From Monocercomonoides exilis PA203 (Eukaryota > Protista > Preaxostyla), in the NCBI GenBank assembly GCA_001643675.2, contig LSRY02000036.1, positions 806,001-870,000 on the forward strand: a stretch of 64,000 nucleotides of DNA. The letters are read 5' to 3'. Of this stretch, positions 24,101-36,300 are shown in pieces. The notes beneath the pieces were generated by a model. It had not been told where the DNA came from. It ran no database searches and saw nothing but the letters and a program-made list of their open reading frames with translations. The translations under genes were made by a program, and so were the position numbers. The first letter of the stretch is position 1; every line of letters begins with the position of its first letter.

Positions 24101-26557
24101 CTTCTCTTCATCCGCATTTGCCTTTTCTTCCTCCTCACCCTCACTTCCCTCCTCTTCCAGCTGTGAATGCATCTTCTGCTGTGTCTGCAGTTGAGTGTCC
24201 ATCAGTTGTGGAGTGCTGTCTGTGTGTTCGTCTTTCTTCTGCGAAAAATACTTTGCCCTTTCTTTCTGAAGGAGCTTCTGCCTCATCTTCGCAAAATGCT
24301 TCCTCCTCTGCATCGCTTTGCGCTCATCCAGCATTTCTCCTTCGGCGTCTTTGTCTTTGCTGCCTTCATTTTGATTAATTGTTCCTTCTTCCTCTTCACT
24401 CGATTTTTCGTGTTCTATTCCTTCATGTTTGCCACTTCCATTTGCCTTTCCTTCTTTTCCCTTCTCTTTCTGTTTTCTTTCTTTTTCGCTTTTCTTTCCG
24501 AATGATTCGTTTTTGTAGCTCTCCTCCTCATCCTCCACTTTCTTTGGCTCAAATTTCTCGTTTTGCACAGAATCTGTTCTGAAATGCTTTTTGGTTGCTT
24601 CTTCATTGCTTGTGGCGCCATAGTCAGAAAACGAGCCCGTCAGCTTGCTTTCTTCAAACTCGTCAAATTCATCCTCATCTTCCTCTGCAACAGCCATCAA
24701 AGAGTCGTCGTTGTCTTCATCATCCTCGTCTTCCTCCTCATCTTCATACACATCATCAATGCTGTTCGCGTCTCCTCCTTCGCCTGTCATTCCATTCCTC
24801 CCACTCTTCCTCCGCTTCCTCCTTTCTCTTCTCATCCTCCGCTCGTCCTGCGCATCCACCGATCGCAATGTCTCTTCCCAGTTTCCTCTTTCTTGTGTCC
24901 TTCTCAACTGCCTCTGCGCAACTCTTTCTGAGAGCTTATGAAAAAGCCCCACCGAATTGTTGTTTGAGTCATAAGCACTCTTGTTCTTTGAAGCTACCAA
25001 GGCGCGTATATCAGGCTCTGCTTCATTGGCTTTGCCCTCTTTAAATCTCGACTCCTTTTCTTCTTTCTCTTCTTTCTCACCCAACTCACTCTCTTGCAAA
25101 CTTGGCGAATGTTCAACTTCTGAATGCTTTTCTTTGTCCTTTTGTGCAACCTCTGATTCGTTCGCTTCGCCATCATCACCATCCCCTTCAACTATACTCA
25201 AAGCTGTTTTTGTGTGGCAGCTGTCCAAAGTCCACGTGCTGCCTGCCCTTTCTCTTTCATTTCTTTTGCCTGCAACCTTTCCGTCTTCTTCTTCTCCTCC
25301 GCCAATCGTCTCTAATTTCCCGCTGCTGTTGTATCTTCTTTCTCCTCCGCTGCCAGAGACTGGGGAGTTCCAGTGGCTCTGCTGCTGCTGCTGATGCTGC
25401 TGCTGGTGCAGGCGCGAGGGCGAGTGGGAAGACGACCGCGAGCTGCATGTTCTGACGGGCGAGTGGCGCATGCGGAGGCGGCTGAACGGATGGCCCGGGT
25501 GCGACGAAGAGGAAGTGGAGTGGTGCAGCTGGTTGGACGAGAACAGAGCATACGTCCGGTCGCTGGCATTTCCAAACCCTTCCTTCTCTTTGAGCTCCCG
25601 CAGCGCTTTTTCTTCTTCGAGTTGCCGCTTCAGCTTCAAAAGCTTCCTTCGAGATTCTTCTTCTTCTTTTTCCTCCTCTCTTTCATCTTCTCGTTCTTCT
25701 TCAACATTCTGCATCGGGTAATCGATCGAGTGGACATTAATGTGCAAAGAGAAAATACTCATTGCAACAAAAAAGAAAGCCACCAAGTCTCGGATATGGA
25801 TGTGATAATTACTTGTTTTGGCGATGTCTTCATAATAAAAATAATGAGGTAGTAATGGCGACATGAGAGAAAATCCTTCTTTCGAAAACTCTGTCGGAAA
25901 ATTGATTCCGCTGTGACACAACTCAAAGCCGGATAGCACCCAACGAACTAAAACGAAAGATAATTTACATAACTCTTGACAAATTAATCTCTCCAAACCA
26001 GGTTTTTTTTTAATAATAAAAATTGAATTTAAAGAAAGACTTCCATGTTGAACCCCAACGGTGTGATGAAGAAAAGCTAACGTTTCCTTTAAAAAAAAAT
26101 AAAAAAAAAAGAGGTGTGAATCGAACTATACTTAAATTTTTCAAATGTTATTACAAACTAATATCTGACGAAGACCCAAGATAATTTCAGCTCTTGTCAT
26201 TGATATAATAGCCATTTTCAAAGAAACAACTTTTTCAGTCATTAAAATAAAATGATCTTGATCCTCATATTGTTTTGAAAACTTCAAAACTCCGTGATGA
26301 CACAAAGTTTTCAGCCACTGAAAAAAGTTTGTTAAAGAATTCGATGAAAATTATTTCAATAAAAGACATACTTTCGTATTATTTTTTGCAAGTTTTTGAC
26401 ATATATTTGGAACTGATCGCTTTGAAAAATAAAATATTGAAACTTTATCAGAACTTCCGTTAACAGTAACTTCTGGATAAAAGCAATAAAATCCGCACGG
26501 ATAGCAGCATTGTCCATCTAACGCAAAGGGTAATATCGCAGAATTGCGCTGCCCCAT
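15134..26557 (-). CDS. Giant SCY1-like (SCYL3/PACE-1-type) pseudokinase, ~3,765 aa; exons 26557-26372, 26317-26159, 26086-15134
   Basis: Two phase-0 GT-AG introns join MGQRNS.. (myristoylation-type) 'KVSIFYF', 'KWLKTLCHHGVLKF', 'ILMTEKVVSL', 'EIILGLRQILETLAFLHHTVGVQHGSLSLNSIFI', 'WVLSGFE' and 'HIRDLVAF' in frame to the 3620-aa ORF, matching the SCYL kinase-like domain. HEAT-like segments follow, dispersed among Ser/Glu tracts. Confidence 0.8.
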
Positions 26558-27079
26558 GCGAAAAAAAGCAGCTTTAAGGAATTGATCAAATGGTGAATAA
26601 TAAATAGATTTGTTCAAAAATTTTTATGTGGAAAGAATTGTTCATTAAAAAGAAATAGTAATTTCATTTTGATTTAATTGATCTTAAAGGCTTATCGTTT
26701 TTGATTTACAAAACTTGGAATGATGTTCGAACAAATCTTAATTATTCTTTTTATTCTAATTAAAATGAAGACAAAATGCAGTATTAATAAAGATTATTTA
26801 GCATTTGATTTTTTCTTTCACATTTGAAATAATTGATCACTAACGTTTGCGATTTCATCAGATTTATTTGCATTTTTTGACTTTTTTTTCGATTATTTGT
26901 AAACTATTTTCAAAAAGAAAGTAATTAATAAAAATTTTTATTCGAAAATATGTCGAAATGTGTTCCAGTTTCAGGATTCGTTGGTTGTATATTTGTTGTT
27001 TATGTATTTTGCTCAAAGCATTGAGCATAAAAAGAACCTTTTCGAAAAATTATACTTCAAAATGAGAAAAAGAATAATA

Positions 27080-28079
27080 GGGTGATTTATAAACCCGAAC
27101 ATTTTTATAAACCCGGTTATTTTTTTTGTTCGTTGAAACAGAATAAATACAACATAAAAATATAAAAAGCAAACTTTTATATGTTTATTTTACTATTTTA
27201 TGGCAGTGCAAAAATTTTTTTGTTTCAATTTTTGTTTTTGATGAAGATCTGAGGAATTTTTAATTTATTTTCGATCATTTGTTTTGCTCATTTTTAACCA
27301 ACTCTCTTTTTCTGTCAATTTTTAGGTATAATGTCATAAAACATACATAATGAAGTTTTATTATTCGAAATGTTTTATCTTTTTATCTATTTTTTCTGTT
27401 GTTTTTTTCATTTCATCATTTTTGACAAAAAGTTTGAAAAAATGAAAATTTCTGAACTCTTATTTGATATTTAGATTTATATGTTATGATAATATGTTAA
27501 TAAGATAAAAATGCATTGGAATACTTCATTATAAGTCATTTTAAATTAAATTGAAAACAAAACAAGCATTTTTATCATTTTCAAAAGTTGATGTGCGAAA
27601 TGAATGCAACAACATTTCACAAAATTTTAACTCGGTGAATGCTTTATTCAAACCTTTTTCTTTTCATGCACATCATTTTTAATATGCCAAAAATATTGTA
27701 CAACTCATAATTTTCATTTTTTCAAACTTTTTGTCAAAAATGATGAAATGAAAAAAACAACAGAAAAAATAGATAAAAAGATAAAACATTTCGAATAATA
27801 AAACTTCATTATGTATGTTTTATGACATTATACCTAAAAATTGACAGAAAAAGAGAGTTGGTTAAAAATGAGCAAAACAAATGATCGAAAATAAATTAAA
27901 AATTCCTCAGATCTTCATCAAAAACAAAAATTGAAACAAAAAAATTTTTGCACTGCCATAAAATAGTAAAATAAACATATAAAAGTTTGCTTTTTATATT
28001 TTTATGTTGTATTTATTCTGTTTCAACGAACAAAAAAAATAACCGGGTTTATAAAAATGTTCGGGTTTATAAATCACCC
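27080..28079. mobile_element. Non-autonomous foldback DNA element, ~370-bp near-perfect terminal inverted repeats, ~260-bp spacer
   Basis: GGGTGATTTATAAACCCGAACATTTTTATAAACCCGGTT... (27080-~27450) is the reverse complement of ~27709-28079. TA lies on both sides (equivalently an AAT duplication around AGGG..CCCT). No ORF. Confidence 0.9.
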
Positions 28080-29610
28080 TAATAAGAAAATGATCAAGAT
28101 TTATGTTTCATGAGTTTAACAAAGATGCTAAAAATGATGTTCGAAAGCTTGTGTTGTTCTTTTTTTATTCTATGACTATGGATAATAAACGCCTCAGAGT
28201 TTTTCATTTTTGTGATTTCAAAGATGACAAAATCTTGATTGATGAATATTAATGAATGAGGAAAAATTACAGAAAGATGAAGTGCTCTTTTATGCTTGAA
28301 TTATTGATGGATATGTGATATGATAAACAATTGCAGAAAGAGCTGAAGTATGTGTGGAATATTTTTGAAGAATTGTATGGAGCAAATGAGATTTATGAGC
28401 AATCTTTCGATAATTAAAAATTATATTATTAATTCTTCTCTTGCGTTACGCAATGTCTCTCCAAGAAGTAAATGATTTTTAAAAGCACAGAGTCAAAGAT
28501 AAATGTGATTCAAAGCTTGAGAATTCCGTGTGAAGCACTCATTAAGCAATAACAGCTTTGAATAGCAATGGATAGCCTTTTTAACAAGCAGAAATAGGGA
28601 ATATTTTCGAAATCAAGAAATTTATTGAAATAAATTTATAAAAGCAAAAGAAAGAGAAAGAAGAAATTTTTGCATTTTTCAGTGGTTTTTTGCTTCCATT
28701 ACGTTTCGTTTTCAAATTGCCGGGCGACATGCAAGGGAATATTCAGGGAAGAAAAAGTTTCTTTCAAGATATCTTAAAAGAAACGAGAAAAGTGAAGAAA
28801 GATATCGCCAACTTCAGTTTTGTATCGCTTGAACAAAAAATATTCAGCAATTAAAGTATGGATTTGATTTATTGTGTGATGAACTTTTATTTTGTAAATT
28901 TTTTGTTTTCAATTTTATTTTATTTTATTTTATTTTATTTTATTTTATTGACGATGCTTGCTGTTTTAATCCTTTTTTAATTGAACTTCGAATCATTCTT
29001 CTCAAATATGCTATAAGGCCTAATTTTTTTGATGAATTAGAGAAAAGAAAGAATCATAGCACAAAAGACATGAAGCGGTCTATGATTGTCGTAAAAAGGC
29101 ACAACGACTTTTGATTGGAAGACATAAGAGAAAGTTGGACAAAAGAATTCTTTTTCTTTGTTGAAATGGAAACTCGTTTTTTAAATTTGGTGCCTTCTTT
29201 TAAAAAAGCTAAAGTTAAAGCTATCGTTCCTGTGAGTCTTGCGTGCTAATGATGCGACTGTAACAGAAGGGCTCATGCATGTGAGGTTTTATAAGTATCG
29301 ATATTTGAGAATGAGGCATTTCGTAAAAACAAAACAATATTGAAAAAGGTTCAACACAATGAAATAGCTTGAATGAATACAATTAACAAAAACGCCTTAG
29401 TGCATTCAATGGCTGAAGATAAAAGAAACGAAGCTTTTGCAAAGGTCCATTGTTGAGCAGGTATTATATAGTGGTTATATTTACAAGAAAAATGATTGTT
29501 GAAGTTTTTAAATTTATTGTTCTCTTTCTTTATTGTATTTTTAAAATATTTTTATTTTTCCTTTAGACTGTTCGAAAAGTGCAACCACTTAACTTGAGTG
29601 CTCATAAAAT

Positions 29611-29816
29611 GGCTGATCCTTTTTGAAATCATACTTTCGTTCGAGTTTTGATCAAAATTTTGCTTTCAACGGGATTTTGAAAAAAATGAGTTGAAATTGA
29701 AAACACTTATTGTTTATGATATTACTATTGCAAAAACAAATTTTGACACAAATCCCATTGAGATTATTATTTTGATCAAAACTCGAACGAAAGTGTGATT
29801 TCAAAAAGGATCAGCC
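29611..29816. mobile_element. MITE-like inverted-repeat element (~206 bp)
   Basis: GGCTGATCCTTTTTGAAATCATACTTTCGTTCGAGTTTTGATCAAAAT pairs with ATTTTGATCAAAACTCGAACGAAAGTGTGATTTCAAAAAGGATCAGCC (one mismatch in ~48 nt; weaker pairing extends inward). Confidence 0.8.
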
Positions 29817-30333
29817 AAAAATTATATTTTCATCTAAATGCGATCTTTAAACTTGCATTTGATGAATTCGAAAGTATTCAAAAAAGATCGGGAAATTTTT
29901 AGAAAATATTGATTTAAGGTGATTTACAACAATTTTGGATGAACTCAATGGATTTTTATTTCACTCTGAATATTTGCTGAAAAGCCTTGAGATTTTTTGT
30001 TATTATCAATAATGAGGAAACTATTATATCCAAAAAAAGAATTATGCTTTCATGAATCTGAAGAAGAAGATGAAATTACTTTTGTTTTCATGAAGTGTTA
30101 TTTTCAAGTATATTGATGTTATTAATTACTTTCATTGGAATTAAACAAAGAAATTGGTTTGCAAGGAGAGAAGTGCTTTGCACGCTAGCTACCGAAATGA
30201 AATATTTGAATGATTTTCAAATAATGAAGGAAGGAATTGCAAAAGAAAATAACTTGCAGATTCAATTTGACGATAAAAATATTTCTTATGTCATAAAATA
30301 ATTATTGTTTGATCAGTCTTTTTTACTTCAACA

Positions 30334-33300
30334 ATGTTTACAGTGTTTTTTGGTCTTCAGGTGTTGTCTATGGTTTGTGGAGGAAATGAAGGATGTGTAA
30401 AAAATTTGAATCTTGTAAAACACTTTGGTTCAAATCTGTTGAATTGCATTCATTGTAATATTGCAAGTACAATTGAAATTAAGTGTCTTTTGCTCAACAC
30501 TTCTTTAAAGTTGCAGAAAGTTTTGATTTCTCAGGATTTCTGCGGTTGTGCCTTCTTCATTGATGATAAATCAAGTTTGATCGCTGAAAATGCTCAGTTA
30601 TTGAAGAAATCAAAGATTTCAATGAGTTTATTTGAGAGCGATGGTACTTGTGTTTTATTGAATGTATCTTTGACAAGAAACAATTTTTGTTCGTATTCGG
30701 AATCCATTGTTGGAATGAGAAATCAATGTTCTTCATTATTATTGAAACATTGTGATTGGAAAAATATTGCTTATAAAGGATCAGAAAGCTTTATAAGAAG
30801 TGGAACAGGGAGTTTTGTGTCAATGCTCAAATGTGGATGCACAAATATATCTGAAAATTGTCTAATGAATGAAAAGATGAAAAGAGAAGACTCAATCACT
30901 GAAAGCCACATGGAAGACAGCATTGTGATGAGCTCAATGAATGTGCTTGAAGGAGGAATAGCGAGTGGAACACAGGGATCGGGAGTATTTTTGTGCAGCA
31001 ATTGCACATTTTATCGCAACGAAAGAAGAGATTGGAGAATAAGGAATACAGATAGACTTCCAACAACAGAAACGCAGACATTCAAAAATGCTGAGTGGAT
31101 TGAATGCTCTGCTGAATATGGTGGAGCACTGTATGTTCATGACAATTCGAGTACAACGCTCACTGTGGAGAATTCATCTTTTGTGAAATGCAAGGCAACA
31201 TCCACAAGAGGCGGCGGAATTTATGCTCTGAATATTGGAGAATGCACTGTGAAGCATTCTGTGTTTGAAGAGTGTTATTGTGCTTCATCGACAGATTGGG
31301 GAGGAGCTGGAGTTGAGATATCAGGAATAAGCATCCAGCCATTTTTGGAAAATTGTTTGTTCGAAGATTGCTGGTCTGAGAACGATGGTGGAGGACTATC
31401 TATAATTGCATCATCTTCATCGATAACCACTGATTGCATTTTGGACTGCTCATTTAAAAATTGCAGCTCTCATAACATTACAAATGGAGGAGGGGGAGGG
31501 TATGATGTCATAAATTCGCAAAGATTTGTTTTGAAAAACTGTCTTTTTCAGCATTGTTTAAGTGAGCATGTTGGAGGTGGTTGCTGTATTTCTTTAAATG
31601 AAAATAATGGGAATGTTCTTTGTTTTTGTTACTTTCATAACAACAGTGCTCCAATAGGAAATGATGTGGCTACGCCAAATTATAATAATAATTCTCAAAT
31701 TTTTTGGTGTTTCTCATCAGGAACAGATGGAAATAGATATAATGCAAAAGGAAGTGATAAAAGTGAATGGTTGCCAAACAATGGGGGGAAATGCAGATTC
31801 GTCTCCTCCAAATTGACTCAATCCAAAGCGAAAGATACATATAGCTGCGGGTTGAATGAGAGTTATGCCTGTCTAACAATCAGCCATTGTCTTTCCCAAT
31901 TGATCGTGGGGTTTGTGGAGGAAATGAAAGTGTTGAGTGGAACAGTTGTGGAAGGCAAAGGAGTTGATATTGGAGAGAAAACGATCTGTTTGAGTGGAGT
32001 TTCTCCATCTGGCTCTGCCATTGAAACAAAGTTTGAGGCAAATGGGCTGAGTCTATTTTGTGTTGGAGCAGGGGAGTTGGCTGTGAATGATTTGTTTGTG
32101 GTTCACAACACCTCATTTGAAAACAACCGAAGAAGCAGATTATTTGAGATTCAGGGAAGAGGATTGATGGATGTGAAGAGAATGAACATTTCGATGGATG
32201 CAGCTCATTCAGAAGAGAGGAGCATTCAAAACTCACTTGTGAAAGTTGATGGTGGAGAGTTGAAGATGCAAGATGTGAAATGGTTGCAAACATTCAGCAC
32301 CACAAGCGTGATATCTCTTTCTCAGGAGGCAGCTGTTTCATTGTCTCTGGATAACTGCACATTCAGCAACATTGTGAGGACAACAGCCGGATCATCGTTG
32401 ATGAGTTCAGGTGAAGGGTCATTTTCGATAACACTTGAAGGATGCACGATTTATGGCTGTGGAAGTGAAGATTCTGTTTTTGGAGGAGGGATGATGGTTG
32501 AAGCGGGGAATATTGGTTCATTGAGGATGAATGGAGGGTTTGTGAAGAACTGTTATGCCTCGACCATTCAAGGGAGAGGAGGAGGGATTGGACTGAAAGT
32601 GAAAGATACAAGTGCAGATTTTCTGATTTCATCAACATTTGAAGGAAACAGGGCGAAATGGGGAAGTGATATTTTTGTTGACTCAATCGATCTGGGAACG
32701 ACTGCAACAAGTGGGAAGATCACTTCATTAACTGCTTCGAATTCCACAATAAACAAAATTCGGGGATTCCACAATGGAGATGAAACGATTCCAATTCCAC
32801 TTTGTGTGTATCTGATTTATTTGCCAGAAGAGATTGTTGCAAGCAATGTTGATGCATTTGATCATTCTTATTGTGGATATGCTGAGTTTCCCTGTCTGAC
32901 TTTAAAACATTCGCTGACTAGGCAAGAAGAGGAAAAGAAGATTGTTGTTGATGGGATGATTGCAATGGAAGAGGAGCTGATATTTGACTCCTTCAAGCAC
33001 ACAATCAAGGGGAATGATGAAAACAGCGGATGGAAGGTGATTGACGATTCTGACGGAAGTGGAGAAGGCATGATAACAGTCAATACTAATATGAATTTGA
33101 GAACATTGATTTTCTCCATTCCATCTATTCTACCAAATCATGAAGCATTCTTCAGTTCTTCCTCACAATCATTTTCGCTTGAAGATTGCTCACTGACATT
33201 TCAAGGCTCCCAGTCAGCGTTATCTTATGTATTTTTGTCAACAACAGCTGGTGAGGTGTCCGTTTCATCGTTGAATGTCTTGCACTTGACTATTGGGAAC

Positions 33301-36300
33301 TTTCCGCTGATTAATCTTGATGAAAGCAATGCTGCAGGAACATTCACTTCCATGAATATTGAGGATATAAGCTCGACAACAAATGGTGTTTTGTTTGGAG
33401 TGGAGAATGGAGCATCTTTTTCGATTAAAGATTCAACACTTTCAGTGAAAGCATCTTCACAAACAGATTTGCAGTCAGGATCAATTCAAATGATTTCCAC
33501 AAATTCAGCCAAGTTGCTGAAGTTCACGAATAATTCGATAAGTGGATTCAAAGGAATTGAAGGAAATGGAGGGGCAATTGAATGCACACTTGGGAGAGAT
33601 TGCTCACTGGAAATAGTCGGAGGGATGATGAGAGAGTGCAAGGTTAATGGAGGAAACGGAGGAGGGTTGTGGGTTGAGATGAAAGAAGGATCATCATTCA
33701 CTGTGGGAAACCTGACAGAGGCAGACTCAGCAAAAACAACATCTTTAAATGATGAAAACGATTTCTTCGGGCTCACAAATTGCAGGGCGATGCAAACAGC
33801 AGGTGGAGAGTGTGGATATGGAGGAGGGATTTATCTTCATTTGGATGATGAAGCAAGCTCATTCATCTTGAAGGAGGTATTGTTTTCTGGATGTGATGCG
33901 AGAGAAGGGAAAGAAATCTTCATCAATGCAAATGATCATTCGAGTGTGATGAGTAGAAGCTCAATTGGATTTGGAGTTGATTTGAATGATTTTGCAAAAT
34001 TGGATGTGTTTGAGAGATCAACATTGAATGAAACATTTGCCATTCCGCTGGTATTGTATTTGTGGAATAATTATTCAGGATGTGGATTTGTTGGAGGAGG
34101 ATTGTTGAGCCATGATTTTTCGAAGTGTGGATTCGAAGAGTTTCCATGCTGCACAATCTCCAAGGCAGCATCAGTCCATTTTGAAGGGAAGAAAAAGGAT
34201 GTTGCTCTTCTTGAGCCATTTGTCTTTGAGGAAGAATTAGAGTTGACTTCTAATGAATGGAGCATCAAAGGAAAAGTGGAAAATATAAAGTGTGATGTTT
34301 CTGATCAGAAAAAGGGAACACAAAGTGGATTTATTGCAAATGCAGTGTTTGTGTCAATGACTGGTATTATCTTTTCTTTGAAGAGATCGCTGACCTTTCA
34401 TGAAAGCGTGTTTGAGTGTTGTTTGGGGAAGCTCACACTGAGCAAATGCGGGATGGAGGGAGGCGCAGAGGCTATTTCGACCGTGTTTGTGAAGGCTGTT
34501 GGAGGGATTGTGGAAGTGATTGGTTTTGGATGTGAAAGAGGTGCCAAGTGGGGTTCATCGTTATTCGTTGTTGAAGGGAATGCTGAAAGTGTGTCTTCGA
34601 TGAATATGGCGAAAAGTGATTTTGGAGAAATCACGTTTGGGGATGGATGTGTTGTTGAGTGTCACAATGGAATTATCAATGAGATGTCAGGATGCTCGTT
34701 TTCATCTATTGCTCGCTCACAGGGAAGTGGAGGATGTGTGAGTGTTTCGAACAATAAGGATGATGAAGATAGAAGAGATTTCAAAGTGGAAATAAATGAC
34801 TGTTCATTCGAAGGATGTACTATTACTGGAGAGGAGGGAAATGAGATAGGAGGAGGTGCACTCTTTTGTGAGGCATCTTCAAAAACGAGTCTTGTGGTGA
34901 GTGGGTGCAAGTTTTATTGTTGCACAGCACCATATGGAGAGGGAAGTGTTGGATATGTAGGAGGAATAATGATGAACATACTGAAAGAAGAAGAAGAAGG
35001 GAAAGCAGGGTTTGTGATATATTCGCCTGTTTTTTCATCTGGGAAGCCAAACAATGCGAAATATGGGAAGGATTTATTTGTTTCATCTCCATCGCTAATT
35101 AACAGCATCAAGAACGAAACCCTTCCATTTGTGAAAGATAGACTGGAGAAGCTGACAGAAGACTCGCTGAGAGGATATGATGGAGGAAACAAGGAATGTG
35201 CAATCCCACTGATCTATTTCTGGAAAGGGATTGGAACGAATGTGGTTGTTGCAAGAGGAGGAAACAATGTGGTTGCATGTGGGTTGTTGGAGTATCCATG
35301 TGGGTCTGTTGATTATGGGGTGAAGCGAGGGAGTGACTTAGGGATTGAATCGATTGTTGTTCAGGGGACTTGTGATGTTTGGAGTGAAATGAGTGTGAGT
35401 GGGATGAGGCTGGAAGGAACAGATGGAGAATCAGACAAAATCCAATTTGTGACAGAGATTGAAGGAAATGGGAATGTTGTTGTTGAGTGCAGAGGAGTTG
35501 TTCAGTTCAAAGAAGTGGGGATGATGATTCCAACTGTCTTTGATAATGGTGCGGGAACACTCATCCAGACAGGTTCTAATGCAATCAAAACGAGTATTGT
35601 TGGATGTTCTTTTCACATGAAAGATGATGCTGAAGGTGAATTGTCATTTGTGCTGATAAGTGCATCAAAAGGAATTGTTTCGATTGAAAAGACAAACATA
35701 GTTGGATTCTCAACAACTCATGAGATAATGAGCATATCAACAAAGTGTGTGGTGATAATGAACAATGTGATATTTGAAGATATAACATTGAGTGGGAAAA
35801 GTGCAATTGCGACGACAGAAAGTGTGATTTCTGGGAGGGGGAATGATGATGCAGAAGAAGTGTGGAATATTCTGTTTGACAAATGCACATTTATGAATGT
35901 GAAGCACAGTGCGTCAAACAACCCTTCGTTGCTTTGTTGTGATGCGCCAAATGAAGTGAGATTGAAAATGGATAACTCAACAATTGATGGCTGTGGATCA
36001 GCAAGTTCTCATGAAGGAGGAGGGGTGTTTTTCCTTCTTAATGAGAAGGGGAGATTGGAGATGAATCACACAAATGTGACAGACTGTTTCTGTTCGAACA
36101 TTGGGAGAGGTGGAGGACTGTTTTTGAAAACACAGAGTGTTGCAAAGAAGACTTTGCCATTTGTGCTGTCGAACATCACATTCCGAGGAAATGTTGCATC
36201 GAAGGGGAGAGATGTGTTTGTGAAGTGCACTGACCTTGACACTCAGATTTCGGAGTGGCAGTTCCTGATCAACTTCGGAGAGCCATTTGTGAAGGAGCTG

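Noticed and set aside
7880-25852. Many long antisense or alternative-frame ORFs rich in Ser, Leu, Phe or Arg overlapping the big genes
   Set aside because: They are shadows of GAA/GAG/TCT trinucleotide-rich coding sequence that lacks stops in other frames; no independent motifs.
28090-29500. Decayed coding-like DNA next to the foldback element, with an 'SNNSFE' stretch reminiscent of Mutator transposase TNNxxE
   Set aside because: Too fragmented, with no DDE core recognisable; a transposase cannot be supported without a profile search.
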